Virus record (IMG/VR): IMGVR_UViG_3300049811_000087
Span: 1-56,841 of that record
Source of the DNA: a virus
Taxonomy: Duplodnaviria > Caudoviricetes
Length of the DNA: 56,841 bases
Reading direction: 5' to 3' (one strand)
Shown: one piece after another, positions 1 to 10,217 of the stretch
Layout: every line of letters starts with the position of its first letter
Position numbering within the stretch: position 1 is the first letter of the stretch
Made by a program: the position numbers and the translations under genes
Notes under the pieces: generated by a model
What the model saw: the letters and a program-made list of their open reading frames with translations, nothing else
The model's database searches: none
Told to the model about the DNA's origin: nothing

Positions 1-64
1 CTTATATTTTGCCCCGCGGGGACTTTTGCGGGAAACTTTTTGAATTCACCAGGAGGAAAACGCT

Positions 65-607
65 ATGGGAATCACTCAGCTAAAGAACGGATACGTTTTC
101 GTGCCCCGAGAAGACTGGGAAGCCAAGTATTCTCCGGGCCGTAGAGAGATGTCCAAGGGAATTAAAGAAGTTAATATTCACCACACGGTCACGAAACCTA
201 CAAATGATCCTTGCGCCGACATGCGTCAGGTCGAGGTCACGTTACACCGCCGTGGTTTAGCTCCTGGGTACAGCTTTACTGCGCATCCAAGTGGGGTAAT
301 TCTTGCTGGTGCTGATAAGATGGTCGGTGCACATACGTCTGGCCGAAACAAACTCAGCTATGGAATCAGTTTGATCGGCAATTACGATGAGATGCAGCCC
401 ACGTTGGCACAGCTAGTCAACATTGCTCGCACAATCAACCTTCTTAGGCTTACTGGGCACATCACCTCAGATCTTAAACAACTCAAGATTCAGGGGCATC
501 GTGCTACGTCTGCAACTGCTTGTCCTGGGTCAAACATGGTCAACAAAAACCTTAATAACGCCTCAGGCATTGACTGGATTCGATGGTTTGTAGCTACGGG
601 GGTCTGA
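65..607 (+). CDS. Endolysin, N-acetylmuramoyl-L-alanine amidase (Amidase_2/PGRP-like)
   Basis: IHHT...GYSF...GAHT-x-G-x-N...GISLIGNY...GHR...TACPG zinc-amidase motifs; AGGAGG RBS. Confidence 0.85.
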   Translation: MGITQLKNGYVFVPREDWEAKYSPGRREMSKGIKEVNIHHTVTKPTNDPCADMRQVEVTLHRRGLAPGYSFTAHPSGVILAGADKMVGAHTSGRNKLSYGISLIGNYDEMQPTLAQLVNIARTINLLRLTGHITSDLKQLKIQGHRATSATACPGSNMVNKNLNNASGIDWIRWFVATGV

Positions 608-608
608 T

Positions 609-1508
609 ATGCCTGTGATAAAGCTTAACTGGTTTGCAGTTTTAATAAACACAATTACTCGATGGAAAAACTTTAAACTCCCTGTCGGTGAGCATATTCC
701 TTGTTATAAAGACCGCTCAGTTGTCAAAGACGTTTTATTAAACGCTAATGAGACCATCTTTTGGGCATCAAACACTACTCAGTCAAGACCAACTGACCCA
801 GGCAAGGTAAACCACCAAGGGGTGGGTTCCGGAACCCCAATGCAGCTTGGTCAATTAGAAACTCGGATGGTAACCTGGGGCAGCGGTTATGGTCGATACA
901 ATCAGTGGAAAACGCATATTCCTTTACCCTTGTTGGGGTCTAGGTATTGGATAACTGGTTACCCTTCACCTCAGTTTGACAAGCGGTGTATCATAATGGG
1001 CCCAGATGGACTGGTTCATGAACTAATTCAGTTCGATCAAGATCTAGGGATTCTTCCCGCTGGATTACCGCAACAAGCCCTGAACAGGGGAACCTGGGAC
1101 AATGGGGTGTTAAAAGATGGAGTAGCTGTTACTGCGTCTGGTTTACCGGGATCCGCTTATGTCTGGGGCCCTAAGTCTTCCGAAGACCCACATGTTCAAG
1201 CTTTTACCGTTCAAGATTATTTAGGTGGCGACGGAACTCCAGAGTTTGCCTTCATGTATCAAGAGCACGACAATCTCCCTCGATGTGGAGATTGGTTCTA
1301 TCTTGATAAGGAATCGGACTCATACCGGCTTATGGTCGACAAGGGAGGCGAGTGTGAAGCACGAGCAAAGGCTCTTAATGAGCATGGTTGCCGTCTTATT
1401 GATATTGGCGCTAGTACTTCTTTTCTAGTACAAGCCGGGACCTGGGCCAACAACACAAACATACGCGAGTTCACAATCAACTTGAATGATCTGCGGCGCA
1501 TATTTTAG
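609..1508 (+). CDS. Hypothetical protein (299 aa)
   Basis: Long ORF abutting the endolysin; no family recognised. Confidence 0.6.
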   Translation: MPVIKLNWFAVLINTITRWKNFKLPVGEHIPCYKDRSVVKDVLLNANETIFWASNTTQSRPTDPGKVNHQGVGSGTPMQLGQLETRMVTWGSGYGRYNQWKTHIPLPLLGSRYWITGYPSPQFDKRCIIMGPDGLVHELIQFDQDLGILPAGLPQQALNRGTWDNGVLKDGVAVTASGLPGSAYVWGPKSSEDPHVQAFTVQDYLGGDGTPEFAFMYQEHDNLPRCGDWFYLDKESDSYRLMVDKGGECEARAKALNEHGCRLIDIGASTSFLVQAGTWANNTNIREFTINLNDLRRIF

Positions 1509-1606
1509 CCAAAGGTCGTGAGCCCGGCCTTTATTGGATCGCGTGTTCCTCCGGCGCTTGAGCCATTGGGGTCGGGTTCACATTTTCTAGAAAGGAGGGA
1601 TATGAC

Positions 1607-1936
1607 GTGATTAAAAAACCTGATCGAAGACGCCGCAAACCGGCAAATACCGAAAAAGGAAGAGAAGATCAGCTTATATCCCTCGCCACGGACTTGGCAG
1701 AAAAGCAATTATCTGAAGGAACCGCCTCCTCGCAGGTCATAACTCATTATCTAAAACTCGGTTCCTCAAGAGAAAAGCTGGAACAAGAGCGGTTAGCCGG
1801 TGAGAATGAGTTGTTGAAAGCCAAAATTGACCAGATGGCTTCGGCCAAACGCATTGAAGAACTATATTCTCAGGCTCTCAATGCCATGAAGTCCTACGCT
1901 GGACAAGAAACCTTTGAGGAGGAACAACATGAGTAA
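1607..1936 (+). CDS. Putative terminase small subunit
   Basis: GGAGG RBS with GTG start; helical REDQLISLATDLAEKQL...SSQVITHYLKLGS sequence recalled from this phage group; function inferred. Confidence 0.5.
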   Translation: MIKKPDRRRRKPANTEKGREDQLISLATDLAEKQLSEGTASSQVITHYLKLGSSREKLEQERLAGENELLKAKIDQMASAKRIEELYSQALNAMKSYAGQETFEEEQHE

Positions 1937-2249
1937 AGAACTTATTATTTATAAGGATAGAACTAATCTTGTTCCTTTAAATTTAGGAATAGATGTCTCC
2001 AGCGATGTTATAACGAGCCAGATTCGTGTAGAACCGAACCAAACCTCAATGCTTTTGGCTGAGTGGGATGTTTCTTTTGATACCGATGGGACTAATGGCA
2101 AGATTATTCTGCGGATAGAGCCCGAGCAGCTTTCTGGAATTACGAGGAAGTATGGTTATATGGATCTTAAGCGGGTTAGCGCTGGTCATGCCCTTTCTGT
2201 TTTTCGCGAACCACTAAAAGTCGCGTTCAAAGAGGTGGTTACGGTATGA
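1929..2249 (+). CDS. Putative virion structural protein (BppU N-terminal-like beta domain)
   Basis: ATG at 1929 overlaps the upstream gene; SQIR...GKIILRI...GYMDLK pattern. Confidence 0.4.
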   Translation: MSKELIIYKDRTNLVPLNLGIDVSSDVITSQIRVEPNQTSMLLAEWDVSFDTDGTNGKIILRIEPEQLSGITRKYGYMDLKRVSAGHALSVFREPLKVAFKEVVTV

Positions 2250-2479
2250 ATACACATTTTCATAACGAACTCAAAGTCGTTGCTGGTGCACAAGAGATAG
2301 TGGTGAGTCCAGCTGGGGATGTAACGGTTATAAGCACCGGCCAACCGGGCCCACGAGGATTTCCAGGAGCATTTGGGGGCGAAGCAGCCATCCAAACACA
2401 CGTCGATAGCTCGACGCCGCACCCGGCATACGACGATATGCCCTCATTGTCCTTACTTTTTGAGAATGGATTAGTCTGA
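2246..2479 (+). CDS. Small virion protein with short collagen-like repeat
   Basis: GQPGPRGFPG; ATGA overlaps. Confidence 0.5.
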   Translation: MNTHFHNELKVVAGAQEIVVSPAGDVTVISTGQPGPRGFPGAFGGEAAIQTHVDSSTPHPAYDDMPSLSLLFENGLV

Positions 2480-3306
2480 TGTCCTTAGCAACAAACGTTA
2501 CAAACCTGGCCACTCGCGTTGCCACTGAGTTTAAAACCATTAGAAGTTTAATTACCGGCTCAGGGACCGGAAATCTCAGCACACTTACTACGACCGATAA
2601 AACTTCAATCATTGCAGCTATTAATGAGGTAAAAGCTGGTAGTTCTGGAGCTCCTGCTGATGCAAGTGAAACGGTTCGAGGAATTGCTGAGATTGCAACT
2701 CAGGCAGAGACCACTACAGGAACCGACGACACTCGAATTGTCACTCCGCTGAAACTCACTCAGAGGCTTACTGCTTGGGCTCAGCCTCTTAGCACAAACC
2801 TCACAACCTTAGCTGGGGTTGCTTCGGGGGTATTTGGTCGTACGCTCCTAGCTTCTGCTAGTCAGTCGGATGCAAGAACCGCTCTTGGTTTAGCTGCTGT
2901 TGCAACGTCTGGGTCCGCATCCGATATTACTACAGGCACGCTCCCCACTTCGGTGTTCCCTCCTTTAGCAATCAACGATACGTTTACGGTTAACAGCCAG
3001 GCAGCGATGCTTGCCTTAACTGCGCAGCGTGGAGATGTGGCTATTCGAACGGACATAAACCGATCGTTTATTCTGTCAGCAGATGCTCCTGCAGTTTTGG
3101 GAAACTGGCAGCAGCTTACCGCCGGAGGCGACGTAAACTCCGTTGCAGGAAAAACTGGGGCTGTTGTTCTGGTCAAAGCCGATGTCGGTTTGGCTAATGT
3201 GGATAACACTTCAGATTTGAGCAAGCCGCTTTCTACCGCAGCAACCGCTGCTATGGGCGATCACACCACGAACTTTGTAACTGTTTTTGAGACTGGGTTA
3301 CTCTAA
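2479..3306 (+). CDS. Tail fibre / minor tail protein
   Basis: ASETVRGIAEIATQAE fibre repeat; VNSVAGKTGAVVLVKADVGLANVDNTSD motif. Confidence 0.7.
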   Translation: MSLATNVTNLATRVATEFKTIRSLITGSGTGNLSTLTTTDKTSIIAAINEVKAGSSGAPADASETVRGIAEIATQAETTTGTDDTRIVTPLKLTQRLTAWAQPLSTNLTTLAGVASGVFGRTLLASASQSDARTALGLAAVATSGSASDITTGTLPTSVFPPLAINDTFTVNSQAAMLALTAQRGDVAIRTDINRSFILSADAPAVLGNWQQLTAGGDVNSVAGKTGAVVLVKADVGLANVDNTSDLSKPLSTAATAAMGDHTTNFVTVFETGLL

Positions 3307-3746
3307 TGAGTTTGGCGTCGCAAGTTTCATCTTTAGCGACGCGGGTTGCAACTGAGTTTAAAACTATCAGAACGTTGATAACAGGTTCCGGAACAGGGAA
3401 CCTTTCAGGGTTAACTACAACAGACAAATCTTCTGTTGTGGCGGCAATTAATGAAGTGCGTGCTTCGGGAGGCGGAGGAGGTAGTTCAACCCTACCAACA
3501 CACACAATGGCTTCTTTAGTCACAAACGCCGCCTCATCTAGTTTAACCCCAAATCAAAGTTATAGAATCACTGATATAAACATGGTTGCTACTGCGTCGA
3601 CTTCTTCAACATATTTCTTTGATGGCGTCCTAGAATTAGACGAAGTAGAGCCCGTACCCACGGGGTATGTTGGGCATTTCTCGAGAACTGGGTCTCCTAA
3701 GATTTCTGATGCACAAAGTCGAGTTAGGAGCTTTTTAGGATGTTAA
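3306..3746 (+). CDS. Minor tail protein, N-terminal paralogue of 2479..3306
   Basis: First ~53 aa nearly identical to the upstream gene. Confidence 0.65.
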   Translation: MSLASQVSSLATRVATEFKTIRTLITGSGTGNLSGLTTTDKSSVVAAINEVRASGGGGGSSTLPTHTMASLVTNAASSSLTPNQSYRITDINMVATASTSSTYFFDGVLELDEVEPVPTGYVGHFSRTGSPKISDAQSRVRSFLGC

Positions 3747-4591
3747 TTTTAGATACAATAGACAAGTCGCTGCGAGTTCGGACCGCCGCTGTACATACAA
3801 CTTCTCCACTTCGGTGCGTCTGCTCTTGGCGAGAGGTTAGCCCTACGGAATTCTCTCCAGGGAACACTCTCCAGTCTACAAACGGAACAACACCAGTCGA
3901 GGTTGCTACCGCTCCCGCGCTGAACAAGCAGAAGGTCATTGACTATCTGAATGTTTTAAATACTGATACCGTTACACACACGGTAACTGTGTCCATTCAT
4001 AACGGCTCAACCAATTTCAACTTAGCCACCATTACTCTTGGGGTTAATGAACGGTTGGAGTACACCGACCAAAGTGGATTCAACACCTACAATGCGGCTG
4101 GGGCTTTGAAGTCTATCGTTACAGCAACGCAGAATGTTAAAGATACTGGGTGGTCTACGGTTGTTCTAGGAGCAGATGTCGTTAACAATAATGCCGTGGC
4201 AAACACTATTGCCGATATTACTGGGTTACAGTTTCCTGTCGTAGCGGACACTAGATACTGGTTTGAGTTTTTCATTGCCTGGGCATCTGCCGTAAACACT
4301 ACTGGAGCACGATTTTCTATCCATGGCCCCACTTTTACGCAGCTTATTTACCGCTCAGAGTACTCTTTGTCGGCGACTACTAGAACCATAAATGACGGCC
4401 TCAGTGCCTATGACTTACCCAGCGGAGCTAATGCGACTCCAGCCAATTTGGGCGGTAACATCGCTATTATCGAAGGGTTTATAAAACCTTCAGCTGATGG
4501 CGACCTTCGAGGTAGGTTTGCTTCTGAAATTGCAAACTCAGCAGTAACAGTTCGAGCAGGTTCAATGGTGAGATATCAGGCGGTGATCTAA
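3740..4591 (+). CDS. Putative minor tail / receptor-binding protein
   Basis: Beta-rich; DITGLQFPVVADTRYWFE pattern typical of fibre-tip domains; context. Confidence 0.5.
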   Translation: MLILDTIDKSLRVRTAAVHTTSPLRCVCSWREVSPTEFSPGNTLQSTNGTTPVEVATAPALNKQKVIDYLNVLNTDTVTHTVTVSIHNGSTNFNLATITLGVNERLEYTDQSGFNTYNAAGALKSIVTATQNVKDTGWSTVVLGADVVNNNAVANTIADITGLQFPVVADTRYWFEFFIAWASAVNTTGARFSIHGPTFTQLIYRSEYSLSATTRTINDGLSAYDLPSGANATPANLGGNIAIIEGFIKPSADGDLRGRFASEIANSAVTVRAGSMVRYQAVI

Positions 4592-6472
4592 ATGACTTGT
4601 CTGTTTCGTTGGAATGGTTTAACTTCCATAATTAACAACATAGCTGTTCCGGGAGACACGCAGGGTTTTGGGGACATTGGTTCTCCCGTAGCAAATTCAT
4701 TTATTTTCCCAAATAGTTTAGGCCCCCGACTCGTTCTAAAAAACGGATTTCACCCTAATCGAACTGCGCATGTCGTTCTAGAGGGTAACGATTATGCCTT
4801 AGGAAATGACACCTTTTATTGGGCGATTCCGCCGACACCAAAACCTGGAGTTACTCCTACACCAGCACACACAGGCCCATGGTCTTTAAGTATGATTTTC
4901 TGTATTCCTACACCAACTTTTAACTTAAATTTTCTGAGTTTTAGGAATGCCGGAGTCGAAAACATTACCTTTGCGAGACTTATATTCGCAAATAGAATTA
5001 CAAGAACGACTAGTCCTGCGGTTACTACTATGCCGTCGGCGACCGACTGGTATCGTTTGGAAATTCAAGCCGACCCTAACCGAACAGCTTCTTTAGTTTG
5101 GCGCCTCTATGTGGCCGACGCCCTAACCCCCATAGGGGGGCACTCTGAAACGGGGGTTACTGTTTCTTGGGATGAACTTCGGTTGGGATATCTTAACTCG
5201 GGTTTTACTACAATTCGAGCCACATTTGGCGAAATAGAAGTTCATGACGACTACGATTTAGGCGGTCGGTTTAGATCATCCCCAAAAGATGGGGTTACCC
5301 CAGCATCAACAACCGCCGAAGGGGTCCCTTTGCTCCCACCGATTATTCCTGCTCGGTACAGGTATAATGCAGCAACAAACAGGACTTTGTCTCGAACAAA
5401 CCCTAGTTACACAACGCACTCTAACGTTTCATATGCAACCGTCCCGGCAAACTATGGGCGTCGATATGATCTTTATATTCCGAACGACGGCGAACCCCCT
5501 CCTGGTGGATACCCCGTTTTGATGTGGGGGCATCCAGGCTTCTTCTCAGAAGGAAGTAAACTGGATATTCCTTTGGAATGGCTAAAAGAGATGATTGCCG
5601 CGAGAATTGCAGTCTGTTCGGTTCAATATGTTAAGACGGCAATCGAACTTGGTGGTAGTTATTTAAGTTACGGGACAAATGATAAGTATGGTCGATATCC
5701 TTCGTTTATACACGACTACAAGTTAGCAACTGTAGACCTCAAGGCTAAAGCTTCAACTCTTAGTGGCGGAAACAATACCTATAATGTAAATGGTAACAAA
5801 ATTATAGCTTGTGGGTTTTCCGCGGGAGGATATGTGGCCCTTGCTGCGGCAATGACTAAAAACCTTGATGAGGATTCTGCGGGAACTAAAATGAGTTTAG
5901 CTGGCGCCACAGCAGCCGGATTACCTTGGGGCGGTGGGTACACAGGCGCAGATCCTGACTATTTAGGCGCCATGGTCTTTGCGGCGCCAATCGACATGGA
6001 TATCTCTCGGAACTGGGATCCGACCCATCCAAACTCAGGGTCACTCATTAGACTCGTGGGCTATCGTGGGTTTCAAGCGTTAATTACGAACGGATCGGAT
6101 TCTTCATTATACCCAAGACAATCGATTGCTTCTCATATTGAAAGAAATTCTTTAAGCAATCTTTGTCCCGTGGCGTATATCGAAGGTTCTTCGGATTTTT
6201 TAGTTCATTGGGAACACCAAGAGCTTCTTGCTAACGCTCTTACCAGTAAAGGCGTAGATTATACCCGAATTTTAACACCAAACAACCATAATCATGGGAA
6301 TGACATTTTTGACATAGAGGAACAGCTAGTGTGGTTAAACTCTATACTCTACCCTAGCTCAGGCCCAGAATCTAAAACTCTGTTTTTCTCTTCCGGAACG
6401 ACAGAAACAGGGGTCTCTACAGAGTTCTATGACGGAACCGAAAACATATCCAAAGACCTCTCGAAGATTTAA
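4592..6472 (+). CDS. Virion-associated alpha/beta-hydrolase (esterase/lipase) with N-terminal beta-sandwich domain
   Basis: YDLYIP...PVLMWGHPGFF oxyanion region, GFSAGG nucleophile elbow, GSSDFLV acid, HNH His; lies among fibre genes. Confidence 0.7.
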   Translation: MTCLFRWNGLTSIINNIAVPGDTQGFGDIGSPVANSFIFPNSLGPRLVLKNGFHPNRTAHVVLEGNDYALGNDTFYWAIPPTPKPGVTPTPAHTGPWSLSMIFCIPTPTFNLNFLSFRNAGVENITFARLIFANRITRTTSPAVTTMPSATDWYRLEIQADPNRTASLVWRLYVADALTPIGGHSETGVTVSWDELRLGYLNSGFTTIRATFGEIEVHDDYDLGGRFRSSPKDGVTPASTTAEGVPLLPPIIPARYRYNAATNRTLSRTNPSYTTHSNVSYATVPANYGRRYDLYIPNDGEPPPGGYPVLMWGHPGFFSEGSKLDIPLEWLKEMIAARIAVCSVQYVKTAIELGGSYLSYGTNDKYGRYPSFIHDYKLATVDLKAKASTLSGGNNTYNVNGNKIIACGFSAGGYVALAAAMTKNLDEDSAGTKMSLAGATAAGLPWGGGYTGADPDYLGAMVFAAPIDMDISRNWDPTHPNSGSLIRLVGYRGFQALITNGSDSSLYPRQSIASHIERNSLSNLCPVAYIEGSSDFLVHWEHQELLANALTSKGVDYTRILTPNNHNHGNDIFDIEEQLVWLNSILYPSSGPESKTLFFSSGTTETGVSTEFYDGTENISKDLSKI

Positions 6473-6481
6473 GGAGAACCT

Positions 6482-6715
6482 ATGGCCGAAGTTAGAGTTT
6501 TTAATTATGAGCGGATGAAAGAGCTTGAAGATAAAGCAGTTGTTTCTGCATATATAGAAGAAGCGGCTGATTCAGCTCGAAATCTTATTTTAGTAACAAA
6601 TAATGGCACTTTGATTAATGTCGGTAACGTCGGTGGAACAGGTGGCGTTGTTGTCGTCCCTCCCGATGGAGACCAAAGTGGTATTCTTACGTCACACTTT
6701 CAGGAGGTTGTCTAA
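6482..6715 (+). CDS. Small virion protein, paralogue of the N-terminus of 19804..20439
   Basis: VRVFNYERMKELED...LILV...NVGNV resembles VRVFTYDRMKAIED...LILV...NLGSV. Confidence 0.6.
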   Translation: MAEVRVFNYERMKELEDKAVVSAYIEEAADSARNLILVTNNGTLINVGNVGGTGGVVVVPPDGDQSGILTSHFQEVV

Positions 6716-7821
6716 TGCCCAACGTTATTCCACCAAACAATGTAGCAGCTGGTGATCCAAATCACGTACTCTACCATAATAACATTTCCGACGTTTTGAC
6801 CGCCCACGTCGAAAGAATGGATGCGTATGAGGCAACTATTCCGACTATGCGTGGATATTTGAACCAAGTAGAGGATCTTCCTACTAACGGGTCCTTCGGC
6901 GACATGTATGTTGTCGGGGAGGATATGGCTCTCTACTATTGGGGAGTCACGCAGTCAAGCCCAACACCAGCTTGGCGATACTCGGGAACCATTCGAGGGG
7001 AACAGGGCCCTGCTGGGCCTTCCGGATCTATTGTCGGTGTTCTTGAGTACGGAGAAAACCCACCTCCTGGTACACCGGCAAACACGCTTTGGTTTGTTGC
7101 TGAGCAGTCTGCCGTATTACCTGGTCCCGATTTGACCCCAGTGTTGGTTGGGTCTTCCGCGCACGTCAACCACGCGACATCGTCTGTTCTTAGTGTTAGT
7201 GGCGCTGGAATCAACACTCAGGCTGGCGACGTTGCTGTTCTTTGTGTCGTGCACGCTTCAAGTGCAGTCATTGCTACGCCATCAAACTGGGAGAATCCTA
7301 CGGCTCTCAACGCCGCATACACTCGAGCTATCGATGGTAACACTACAGCAACTATATTTACTAGGGTTTGCCCCGACGCAATGGGTAACGTCAACATCGT
7401 TGCTGGTGAGAAGCACAGTTGCTCTTTGATGGTGTTTCGAAATGTTGATTTGGCTGCTGGAGGATTGGCCCACAACATTAATTCGATAATCACTACGACC
7501 GACTCGGCGACCCGAGCCGCCCCAACGCTTACCCCCACGGTTGACTCTATTGTTTGTGGATTCTACTTTGATCGCTATGGTCCATCACAGACGGTTCCTT
7601 TGGCGGCTAGCGTAGCTCAGCCAGCAGTCTTTACGAAAGCAGCATCAGGCGGCGTTAACCAGAGCGGAAGCTCGAGTATCGTCTCGTCACAGGGCGGTTA
7701 CGACTTGACCGTGGCCAAAGACGCTGCTCGCCCAGCTGGTACGCAAAACTGGGTCAAGACTGGCCCCGTTGGAACCCAGCTTGGCGCATTCACATTGGCT
7801 CTTGCTAAGAAGACTGGGTGA
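6715..7821 (+). CDS. Minor tail protein
   Basis: DLPTNGSFGDMYVVG, GTIRGEQGPAGP collagen linker, PPPGTPANTLW, C-terminal beta domain. Confidence 0.65.
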   Translation: MPNVIPPNNVAAGDPNHVLYHNNISDVLTAHVERMDAYEATIPTMRGYLNQVEDLPTNGSFGDMYVVGEDMALYYWGVTQSSPTPAWRYSGTIRGEQGPAGPSGSIVGVLEYGENPPPGTPANTLWFVAEQSAVLPGPDLTPVLVGSSAHVNHATSSVLSVSGAGINTQAGDVAVLCVVHASSAVIATPSNWENPTALNAAYTRAIDGNTTATIFTRVCPDAMGNVNIVAGEKHSCSLMVFRNVDLAAGGLAHNINSIITTTDSATRAAPTLTPTVDSIVCGFYFDRYGPSQTVPLAASVAQPAVFTKAASGGVNQSGSSSIVSSQGGYDLTVAKDAARPAGTQNWVKTGPVGTQLGAFTLALAKKTG

Positions 7822-7824
7822 GCC

Positions 7825-9795
7825 ATGCCGCTTAGACTTTGGAATGGAACCGAGTGGATTGACGGCGAAGTCAAACTTGCCAATGGCGCTGGAGGACTTA
7901 TTAATGGCACTCTCAGGCAATGGCCTTGGTTAGGCGGTGCCGATTTAGTTGCCGAGCTAGCGGAGTTGGCATATGCGGGTGCTCGCGGTTTTGGTGGTAA
8001 CGAAGCCGCAAATAACACGGTATTCGCTGCAAATGAGTTCTTTAACAATATCAACTTTTCGGTTATTAAAGAAAGACTTATAGGCGCCGTCGATTTAAGA
8101 ATTTTAAGTGGAACGGCCTCCCCCAGTAAGTTGGTTCTAAGTTACGAAAGTAGCGTTACCCACTCAGGGACGCTGACGGCCGTATCAACGCTTACTGAAA
8201 ATCAATGGAATTCGGTAACAATACCTTCGCCTGCCGGCGGAGCTTCTCAGCCTGCAGCTTTCTGGGACAATCCGAGCTACGTAGACAAGAGTATTGCTCC
8301 TTTGTGGGTTGGCAAACAAATTCTGGCTCCACTCATTCGAGACGCAAGCGCAGTGGGGCAACTCATTGCATGGGTTGCAGCAAATCCTGGCTCAGAAGAA
8401 CAGATAATTGGAATCAGCGATACTTATTCACACTGTCAGTCCATGAAAACTGCCGGTATGTACACCATGCAAAGATGGAGTACTTCGGCCCCAACTTTAG
8501 CAAATCTACAAACGGCCGCTAACGATGATATGTACGGTGTGTTGGTTGCTTCTAACCACTTGACGCCAACGGTAGTCTCCAATGCAAAATCTGTCGGGCT
8601 CAAAATCTGGGTCTATAATGCCGATAGCCCAGCACTCGTAGACTCCTACACCCAAATGGGCGTCGATTGTATTTACACTACAACTCCCAAGGCTGCCTTG
8701 ACCAGCCCGATTCCTCCTCCACCACCAACCCAAAGCAAAACTATCTGGGGATACGGTGCCGAGTCTTGGAACGAAGTTCAGAATAAAATGAGCGGCGGCT
8801 TGCTTACCCCTAGAGTTGTTCGGTGTTATACAGAGACAACGACACTCGGCGCGATAGACGTCCCAAGCGACTTGCGAGGTCGTCGAGACCCTCAAGGTAA
8901 CTACATTGCAATTTGGGAAAGCATTAAACCCAGCATGAACGTTATGAAATCGGCTCTTGAGCGAGAAAATCTGGCGCAAAGAGTTGTGAATTGGGTTACT
9001 GCTAACATCCCTAAAGGGCAGCATTTCTACTTAACCGTTTGGCATGAACCAGAAGAAACCTCCGACCGAACTGAATATCAGTGGAGGGACCACTTCACTT
9101 CTACCTCCGCGTGGCAACAAGCTTGGCGAGACACGCACTCTGCTATTTATGAGAAGTTTGTCTTAGCTCGAGCAGATGGACATAGGTGTTGGGTAGTTCC
9201 CCTTATTTGTGACTGGACCATATGGAACCACGGTAAGGGCTCAGCGTCTTCTTGGTATCCGTTAAGTTGGACGACTTATGACATTATGGGCTGGGATATT
9301 TATGCTACAGGGCAAAAGACTAGCGCCACAAATAAGCAGATCTGTCGGTTGTGGTGTAATGACGACTACGACGTAGTGCCATATACGGATCGGACAAGCA
9401 CCGAAAATCCAAACGGACAAGGTTGGCACGCAATTCAGACAATTGCTCGTCTGGCTAGAGAACGAAACAAGCCCTGGGCCAACGGTGAAACTGGTCTTGT
9501 TCGAGGTGACGCGTTTGTTCCATCTCCAACCTCGGATCCTCTGAACTATTCTTCGCATTTCCGATACTCGGGTAGGCAGAGAGCTCAGCGGTCTTATGAT
9601 ATGATTCAGCATTGCGCCTCGCTACCAAACCCTCCGCTTCTTTGGGCTTGGTATGATACTACGGGCTGTAGAGTAAGCGCATTTCCAGGTGACCCTGCCG
9701 GTTCTGGTGGTGGAGATAGTTGGCCTGCAGGGTTAACGATCGCCGCATGGAATAGCACATTAAGCCCCTCATATAATGGAGTCCCTGAACCATGA
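7825..9795 (+). CDS. Virion protein with GDPD-like TIM barrel and GH26/clan GH-A-like glycoside hydrolase domain
   Basis: GLKIWVYNAD...MGVDCIYTTTP (GDPD C-terminus), Pro-rich linker, then WHEPE...DIMGWDIY...KPWANGETG (two catalytic-type Glu). Confidence 0.55.
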   Translation: MPLRLWNGTEWIDGEVKLANGAGGLINGTLRQWPWLGGADLVAELAELAYAGARGFGGNEAANNTVFAANEFFNNINFSVIKERLIGAVDLRILSGTASPSKLVLSYESSVTHSGTLTAVSTLTENQWNSVTIPSPAGGASQPAAFWDNPSYVDKSIAPLWVGKQILAPLIRDASAVGQLIAWVAANPGSEEQIIGISDTYSHCQSMKTAGMYTMQRWSTSAPTLANLQTAANDDMYGVLVASNHLTPTVVSNAKSVGLKIWVYNADSPALVDSYTQMGVDCIYTTTPKAALTSPIPPPPPTQSKTIWGYGAESWNEVQNKMSGGLLTPRVVRCYTETTTLGAIDVPSDLRGRRDPQGNYIAIWESIKPSMNVMKSALERENLAQRVVNWVTANIPKGQHFYLTVWHEPEETSDRTEYQWRDHFTSTSAWQQAWRDTHSAIYEKFVLARADGHRCWVVPLICDWTIWNHGKGSASSWYPLSWTTYDIMGWDIYATGQKTSATNKQICRLWCNDDYDVVPYTDRTSTENPNGQGWHAIQTIARLARERNKPWANGETGLVRGDAFVPSPTSDPLNYSSHFRYSGRQRAQRSYDMIQHCASLPNPPLLWAWYDTTGCRVSAFPGDPAGSGGGDSWPAGLTIAAWNSTLSPSYNGVPEP

Positions 9796-10205
9796 CAAAA
9801 ATCCGAACGTACTCTGATCTTATAAAGTTTAAAAGTTTTGAAGACAGATTTGACTATCTTAAACTTGGAGGAGAAGTTGGTCAGAGTACGTTCGGATTTG
9901 ATCGATATTTAAACCAAAGATTCTACCAATCACACGCTTGGAAATCGGTTCGCCGCCACGTTATTATAAGAGACGGCGGTTGTGATTTGGCCGTTGAAGG
10001 CTATGAAATTCATTCGGGGTTATTAGTTCACCACATAAACCCTATGACTCTAGACGACATTCTTCATGATGAAGACTGGGTCACAGATCCTGAATTTCTT
10101 ATAACAACGTCGCATAACACGCATAATGCTATTCATTATGGAGACAAGAATCTTTTAATGCGTCCAGTCTTAACTCGACAACCCGGAGACACAAAACTTT
10201 GGTAA
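9792..10205 (+). CDS. HNH endonuclease (packaging-associated)
   Basis: RDGGC...VHHINP...LIT...HNAIH. Confidence 0.8.
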   Translation: MTKIRTYSDLIKFKSFEDRFDYLKLGGEVGQSTFGFDRYLNQRFYQSHAWKSVRRHVIIRDGGCDLAVEGYEIHSGLLVHHINPMTLDDILHDEDWVTDPEFLITTSHNTHNAIHYGDKNLLMRPVLTRQPGDTKLW

Positions 10206-10217
10206 GCAGAAAGGAGG

